Source of the DNA: a virus
Taxonomy: Duplodnaviria; Caudoviricetes
Length of the DNA stretch: 64,000 nt
IMG/VR virus record: IMGVR_UViG_3300028832_000004
Span: 32,001-96,000 of that record
Strand: one strand, 5' to 3'
Numbering within the stretch: position 1 is the stretch's first letter; each line of letters opens with the position of its first letter. The notes under the pieces are model-generated. The model was not told the DNA's origin. It made no database searches and worked only from the letters and a program-made list of their open reading frames with translations. Positions 58,348 through 64,000 of this stretch are shown here, piece after piece. The position numbers were made by a program, and so were the translations under genes.

Positions 58348-58982
58348 TTCGTATGCCCCCTTATTTCCTTGAGAAGTTTCGCCCTCATCGCACGCCATCT
58401 ATCCGCCGCGTGCAGCAACCGGGCACATCGCCCTACATCGCATGAGGTGCCTGCCAACGATTCCAAGCGGTAAATGATTCCGTGGATCGCCAAGCTACGA
58501 AGGGCCAAATTCTGTTTCTTTAAATCCATGTTTTCTTTGCGCAGGGCCGCGTTGACGGATTCCATCGCAATATGCTCGGAAGCGGAATGCGCGTCGACCG
58601 GATAATGCCTATGTGTCCTAGGTGGCAAACGTCGCGGCATATCGATTACCTCTCGCCCGGATCGATGCTATAGGCGCGTTGTTGCCCGTGTGCATCGACC
58701 ACCACGCATTTGTAAGGCGCATCGTCCGGTTCAGATGCCGGAACATCATTTCCCGATCCGTGCTTGGATTCCAGCCCGGGCGGAATTGGCTTCCCCGCCG
58801 CCATCAGGCGCTTTCTTAAATGCGACTTCTGTTGCGGGGTCATCTTCGCGAAGTCCTGCTTTATTGCGTCTTCCAATTTCATCTACTTGCCCTCATGTGT
58901 TTCTTTCATTATACGGGATGCGTGGACAAGTCCGTATGTCGTATATGTTCGGAGACTATTTCATCCTACAGGATTTTTAGAA

Positions 58983-60155
58983 ATGAAACTTGAAGTATTC
59001 CCATATCGCTTTCGCGGCAAGGCGAAGGCGGCGGCACTTTATAGGCGCGGAGGCGGCTGTATAGAGGTCCACCACGCCAAGGACCTATTCGACCTCTACA
59101 ACGCAGGCGTTTCCTTCCGCCCCATGCCCGGTACCATATTCGAGGCGGTAGTCTTCGACCTTGATGACGTTACGCCGGAATATGCAACTAAATTGGACAA
59201 TCTATCAAGGCCCGATATCTTTGTCGCAAAAAGCCCATCCGCAATACTCGGCGTCGACGGCAAAATTTATCGAAGGAAAGTATTCTACCAACTTCCTGAG
59301 CCAGCCAAGTTCGGGTCATATGGCGAGGCATATATGGCGGCCTTCGCAAGATTCATATTGGTCGCCGGGCTACCTCTGCTGCCGTGCGACCAATGCATGC
59401 AATCGCCTAGACAGATGACTTTCGGGAGGCCCTTCCCCGAAATGGGCTCGTCCATAGAAAAGGTCAAAATCGATGGACTATCGGATATACGCGCCCCGCT
59501 GCCGCTATCCCGATATATGGCGAAGGCGATATTCGGGATAGACGATGACATTCCATTGCCGCCGATCGAGTTCTATGCAAGGGGTCCGGTCCCCGAAGGC
59601 GAGCGGCACTCCTACATTTGGCAGCGCATCGTCCCGGCCGCATTCTCATGGTTCCGCTATTTCGAGAAAACTTCCGAAACGCGATGGGGACTGAATCAGG
59701 CAGGATACCGGTTCAAGGACTGCGAGGCGGCTATACGGACTGCGATGCTCCGTATCGGGGTCAGCATTGACGAGACGGAGGCGGTTATCCGGGGGGCGCT
59801 ATACGAGGCATACACAAAATTCAAGACGCCTGCCCTTACATGCTATCGTCCGCGTGTCACGGTGACCAAGAAGGAGGTGTCAAGGTGGGAGAGGAAAACG
59901 CCCGCCGCAAGGAAACGGGCATATGAACGGAAGAAGGAAAAGCGCCGCAGTCTTTACGTTACCCGCCCCAGTAGGCCGAGAAAGCCTCCTATAAGTCCGG
60001 GCAGGCCACGCAAGGTTGGGGTGGACAATTTGGGCGCGTTGGAGGCGCTGTGGACCGAGGGAAAAATCTCGAAGCCTTACTACTATCGGCTGAGAAAGCA
60101 GCTGGGCGGGGCGCCTCGGAAAAGGGGTCGCCCGCCGAGGACAGAGAGAAAGTGA
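58983..60155 (+). CDS. AEP-superfamily primase or replication-initiator-like protein with AT-hook tail
   Basis: VVFDLDD, SPS..RRKVF, D...SPRQMTFG and PEGERH motifs; PGRPRK and RKRGRPPR AT-hooks. Confidence 0.55.
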   Translation: MKLEVFPYRFRGKAKAAALYRRGGGCIEVHHAKDLFDLYNAGVSFRPMPGTIFEAVVFDLDDVTPEYATKLDNLSRPDIFVAKSPSAILGVDGKIYRRKVFYQLPEPAKFGSYGEAYMAAFARFILVAGLPLLPCDQCMQSPRQMTFGRPFPEMGSSIEKVKIDGLSDIRAPLPLSRYMAKAIFGIDDDIPLPPIEFYARGPVPEGERHSYIWQRIVPAAFSWFRYFEKTSETRWGLNQAGYRFKDCEAAIRTAMLRIGVSIDETEAVIRGALYEAYTKFKTPALTCYRPRVTVTKKEVSRWERKTPAARKRAYERKKEKRRSLYVTRPSRPRKPPISPGRPRKVGVDNLGALEALWTEGKISKPYYYRLRKQLGGAPRKRGRPPRTERK

Positions 60156-60179
60156 GTAGTATACCCAACAAAAAGTCTC

Positions 60180-60480
60180 TGAAATGGACAAGTAGAGGTT
60201 GTCCATCATGTCCGTCGGGACGTTTCGGCGATTTTGATATCAATTTCCGCATTTTTCTTGGACGAACATTCTGAAGATGGACAACTTGTCCCTTAAACCC
60301 TTAATCCTTACCCCATTAACACTTTTGGGACGACTTGTCCATATCGGAGACGAATGAGCAAACGGACCGGTCCTTTTTGTTACGTTGTAGTCGAATGGAC
60401 TCGTACTTTGTGATGAAGATGTCCGGTGGCATGCGGACAGGTCCGAGTTGTGATTGGGTTGTCCGATGGGACAGCTTGAA
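60180..60480. repeat. GGAC/GTCC iteron-like cluster, putative replication origin
   Basis: About 15 GGAC/GTCC cores in 300 bp, several as inverted pairs. Confidence 0.55.
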
Positions 60481-60494
60481 CGTATATTATCTGC

Positions 60495-60881
60495 ATGTCC
60501 AATTCTACAGAAATGACATTGCATACGCAGGACGACCTGGATGACATCAAGCGCCGCGTCAATACGACGATGGTGGACATGGTGGACCGTTCCGTCAAGG
60601 CAATGGACAAGTTATCGAGACGGCTGGATCAGGTGGACGATGCGATGGACAAACTGGTGGACGTCTCGAAGATGAGCATGAATGAGCTGGTGGCATATCA
60701 GGCGTTCATGCGTGAATCGTTCAAGATGCGTGCGGACTTTTTACGCACATTGAGCGGGTATGACATTAACGTATCGAAGGTCCCGATAAAGGCGGACGAT
60801 CACTCGCTTATGGATGAGGAGGCGGCGTGCGCATTGAGGGACGAGGTAATGCGCCGCGATGGCACAGGAACGGGCATATAG
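60495..60881 (+). CDS. Helical hypothetical protein, probably leaderless
   Basis: CGTATATT box 6 nt upstream. Confidence 0.65.
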   Translation: MSNSTEMTLHTQDDLDDIKRRVNTTMVDMVDRSVKAMDKLSRRLDQVDDAMDKLVDVSKMSMNELVAYQAFMRESFKMRADFLRTLSGYDINVSKVPIKADDHSLMDEEAACALRDEVMRRDGTGTGI

Positions 60882-61566
60882 GGCGAAGGTCAATGCGGAA
60901 TTTCAGCGGGCACATTTGGTAGCCCGCTGTGTTCATATGCGCCGTCCTCCGGACGAGCCGGTCGGGTTTGCTACCGACGATCCTGAAATGAAGGCGGTGA
61001 TAGCGATGCGTGAGCGTCTAGCGGCGATAGGGCGATCGAAGGGGATGCTAACGCAGGGGTGGATGCGCTCCGCGTTATTTTTGCGAATGGTCTATCTCCT
61101 GAAGGGGTCCGAGGGCTTTGACGTTCTGCATGATGCGATATGGGCATACACGGCGGCATTGGTTGACAACCTCGAGAAGGTTTGCGGCGACATGAACATC
61201 TTGGCGGACGTTCCTGCGCATCAGCGCTATGGTGCATGGCGCGAGATAATGCTCACGCTGAAGCGGGGGCTGGCGGAACAGGTCAAGCTTTTGAATGAGG
61301 TCAAGTCGCGGAAGATAGAATTTGAGTCGGGGGCGGATGCGCTTGAATATGGCCGCAGGTTGCTGCGGACCGTTCATTTTCCGAGGTATGATGGCGAGGA
61401 CTTTATTGCGCTTGCAGATGCCATTGCGAAATTCGGTCCGGGCGGGTTGCCGGACATTAATGACGGCGAATGGACTCAGGCTGTTGCATTATCCAAGGCG
61501 ATTTTGAAATTTGAGGAAGGCAGGCAGGCGGAGGCGCCGATTGCTGCGCCGGAAACGGCGCAATAA
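60859..61566 (+). CDS. Hypothetical protein
   Basis: 235-aa ORF coupled to the upstream gene. Confidence 0.6.
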   Translation: MAQERAYRAKVNAEFQRAHLVARCVHMRRPPDEPVGFATDDPEMKAVIAMRERLAAIGRSKGMLTQGWMRSALFLRMVYLLKGSEGFDVLHDAIWAYTAALVDNLEKVCGDMNILADVPAHQRYGAWREIMLTLKRGLAEQVKLLNEVKSRKIEFESGADALEYGRRLLRTVHFPRYDGEDFIALADAIAKFGPGGLPDINDGEWTQAVALSKAILKFEEGRQAEAPIAAPETAQ

Positions 61567-61764
61567 GGCTGTTAAATCAAAAAACAATGTAAATGTATAG
61601 GCAAGAAATTTTGCGCCTTAAAAGCGCAGGAAACGCGGGGTTTGAAAATGCAAGGAAATAGCGGCGAGGGCTGGAGTTTCAGTAGGCGAAAGTCAGTAGT
61701 CTAAAAAAAATGAAGGAAATGTGCTCTCCCCCTAAAGGGGGAGAGGCGGCAACAGGAGGCATAC

Positions 61765-63531
61765 GTGATACGCATAATCGACCATCTCAAAGAAAAGGAA
61801 GCGGTCCTCCAGCTGAATCTGCAGAAGGTGCAGGCGGCATTACGGCGAGGGGAGGCGGTAACGATATATCATCCGGTCGGGCACATACATGGCAGGCTTG
61901 CGAACATACCGGGGGTTGAATATGTGGAGGGTCGCTGGCTCGGGTCCGGCACATCCGGAAATGACATGGCATTGCTAGGGCGGCTGGTCGCCCCGAATGG
62001 CTATCGCATGCCGTATTATGGGGAGCCGCGAGGCGAGCTCTACATTCATTGGTTTTATCGGGAACGCTCCGAGGATAGGCTAGGCAGGTGCGAAATGTTC
62101 CACCTGAATATGCTCCGCTACTTCAATGTAATGGACAGGGTTGATGTTATACATATCCGCTGCGCATGGAATGGCAGGATGACGCATGCGATGGAATCGG
62201 CCATAGCGATTTTGGAATGCGGGCATGCGACGGTTGACTTCCGGATAGTGAAGCAGGCGGACAGCTGGGAACATGATACCATCAAGGAAGCGGCTGAATA
62301 CGCGGTGGCGACTGGGAAATTTGTATACTACACGCATTTCAAGGGTGTTACGCGAGTGGCTGACCCGTTATTTGGAGGCAGCACCCGCCGGGGATATGAG
62401 GTGCTGGACATATTCTATTGGGTGTGGCTATTGTATCGCGGCCTATTTATGGCGCCGGAGAGTGCGACGGCGATAGGCCCGATGCTCCGCGATGGAATCA
62501 ATAAAACCTATAAGGATGGCAGGTGCGACATTTCATGGAGCGCATTAGGAATCAGCCGCCATCATTATGCGGGAAGTTTTCAAGGCTTTGATGGAAAGGC
62601 GCTGCGGCATAGGCTGGACCTGCTGGGACTGTCGTCCGAATCGGCACGCCTCCGGAAATTATGGATTAAGGACCGTTATACTGTCGAAATGTTTTTATCG
62701 CTGGTATTCCCGAAATCCGAGGTATTCTCCGCCTGCATATTAGGTTCCTTGAAGGACTATAATCTGTATGCGGGGGGTCGCCTGCCTTATCATAAGGAGA
62801 TGTTCCGGCGCATGTACACGTCCGAGCCATCCGGGCATACCCCGGACCGGATTGAATGCGATAAGGCTGTCATCACATGCCTATATGGGGAGCACAGCAT
62901 TTTGAGGGAGCCGCTTGTTGTGGACAGCGGGGTATCCTACATTTGCGTAACGGACAATAAGGCGCTGAAGCCTTCGGACGGCAGCGTATGGAAAATCGTA
63001 TACGACCCTTGGCCGGAATTTGGCGGGCGCTTCCGGCACATGAATGCCAAGTTCCGCCCCTTCCGTTATACCACCGCACGGCGCGTTGTTTACATGGACT
63101 CGTCCATTCAAATAACGGGAAGTCTTCTTCCGCTGTTTGAGCTGGAAAATAAGGGGGTGCTGTTGAAGCGGCATCCGATTGCAAGGACGATCGGGGAGGA
63201 ATTGCCTCGTTGGCCCAGGCTGCGCAAGATGCCGGTGCCGGATATGCGGAGATTCATGCTACAGCTACCGTTGGTAGGCGCAACATTGGATTCGCCCATT
63301 TATGAGGGGGACATTGCGGTATGGGCTAATACCGGGCGTGCCGCCCAGTTTGGCGAGGAGGTGCTTGCGCTTGTCGAGGGGTCCGGGGAAGGATACCCAT
63401 TCATGTCAAATCAGCTATGCATGTCGGCATTGGCGGCGGGCATGTTTGCGGACATTGTCGGCGTATTGCCGAAAGGGCTGCCCATACAGAAATATCGACA
63501 TAATACGTGGGAAAAGAATACGGGGGCGTGA
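61765..63531 (+). CDS. Two-domain glycosyltransferase-like protein (C-terminal DUF616-like GT-A)
   Basis: YYTHFKG and HYAGSF motifs; AVITCLYG, YICVTDN, YMDSSIQI and HP...I.EE motifs. Confidence 0.7.
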   Translation: MIRIIDHLKEKEAVLQLNLQKVQAALRRGEAVTIYHPVGHIHGRLANIPGVEYVEGRWLGSGTSGNDMALLGRLVAPNGYRMPYYGEPRGELYIHWFYRERSEDRLGRCEMFHLNMLRYFNVMDRVDVIHIRCAWNGRMTHAMESAIAILECGHATVDFRIVKQADSWEHDTIKEAAEYAVATGKFVYYTHFKGVTRVADPLFGGSTRRGYEVLDIFYWVWLLYRGLFMAPESATAIGPMLRDGINKTYKDGRCDISWSALGISRHHYAGSFQGFDGKALRHRLDLLGLSSESARLRKLWIKDRYTVEMFLSLVFPKSEVFSACILGSLKDYNLYAGGRLPYHKEMFRRMYTSEPSGHTPDRIECDKAVITCLYGEHSILREPLVVDSGVSYICVTDNKALKPSDGSVWKIVYDPWPEFGGRFRHMNAKFRPFRYTTARRVVYMDSSIQITGSLLPLFELENKGVLLKRHPIARTIGEELPRWPRLRKMPVPDMRRFMLQLPLVGATLDSPIYEGDIAVWANTGRAAQFGEEVLALVEGSGEGYPFMSNQLCMSALAAGMFADIVGVLPKGLPIQKYRHNTWEKNTGA

Positions 63532-63538
63532 GCAGGGT

Positions 63539-64000
63539 ATGGGAAGCCAAATACATGTGGTCGCCAGCTTCACATCATATCCGCCGCGTATCGGGAATTG
63601 TGCGGCTGTAATTGATTCACTCGCCGCGTCGCGTATTCCGATATCAATTGAATTGAATTTGTCCCTGGCGGAATTTCCGGGCGCCGAGGCGGATTTGCCG
63701 GGCGCATTGCAGGATCGCATTTGCAGGGGGATTGTAACGGTGAATTGGGTTCCGGACAACCCCGGGGTATTCAAGAAAATCATACCCGTTCTTAAAAAGC
63801 GCCAGGGCGAGGATTATATACTACTCTCCGTGGATGACGACCGGCTATATGGTCCGTTATATGCGGAATATATGGTTTCGCGGCTGGCGGATTATGATGC
63901 GTATTGTTGCGATCGCGGTATTGTGGGGAATCGCGCCGTGTATCGCGCAAAAATTTTTCGTCCGGCATTTTGGGAAAATTTATCGGCGGGAATGATTGAA
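63539..64000 (+). CDS. GT-A glycosyltransferase, runs off the window
   Basis: VVASFTSYPPRI, FKKIIP and SVDDDRLY (DxD) motifs; not in the ORF track. Confidence 0.75.
   Translation, partial: MGSQIHVVASFTSYPPRIGNCAAVIDSLAASRIPISIELNLSLAEFPGAEADLPGALQDRICRGIVTVNWVPDNPGVFKKIIPVLKKRQGEDYILLSVDDDRLYGPLYAEYMVSRLADYDAYCCDRGIVGNRAVYRAKIFRPAFWENLSAGMIE

Noticed and set aside
58764-58982. N-terminal extension of the AEP-like ORF
   Set aside because: It overlaps the opposite-strand gene 58646..58882; the ATG at 58983 after a promoter-like box is more plausible.
1-64000. CRISPR array or rRNA
   Set aside because: No regularly spaced repeat-spacer units and no rRNA signatures were seen.

Overview
A 64-kb segment of a large lytic myovirus with a T4-like virion module. 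Host is unknown; the sequence alone does not identify it. The minus strand from about 5.3 to 30.4 kb carries baseplate, tape-measure-like, tube, sheath, gp23-like capsid, scaffold, gp21-like protease, portal and spike genes. A dispersed 7-deazaguanine DNA-modification set is present (folE, queC, queD, a DpdA/TGT-like gene, a PRTase and a ParB-N protein); queE is not in this window. Also present are HU, a RuvC-like resolvase, a sigma-like factor, a DNA ligase split in two by a split intein, an AEP-like replication protein next to a repeat-rich putative origin, and glycosyltransferases. Early genes sit behind 10 copies of a promoter GTGTCTTYTTCA-N11-TATATT. Best candidate for an undescribed system: a five-tRNA operon (Glu, Tyr, Asn, Ser, Ser) preceded by a 27-codon leader ORF rich in those same amino acids, with a competing antiterminator/terminator pair. 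This looks like an attenuator that would switch phage tRNAs on when the matching host tRNAs are depleted. Two minus-strand islands (34.4-36.6 kb, 54.1-54.8 kb) hold aberrant tRNA-like RNAs, a gutted tmRNA-like element, unassigned structured RNAs and an ACP homologue lacking its phosphopantetheine Ser. About 10 proteins share an N-terminal candidate capsid-targeting propeptide. All calls come from reading motifs by eye; no database searches or folding programs were run.
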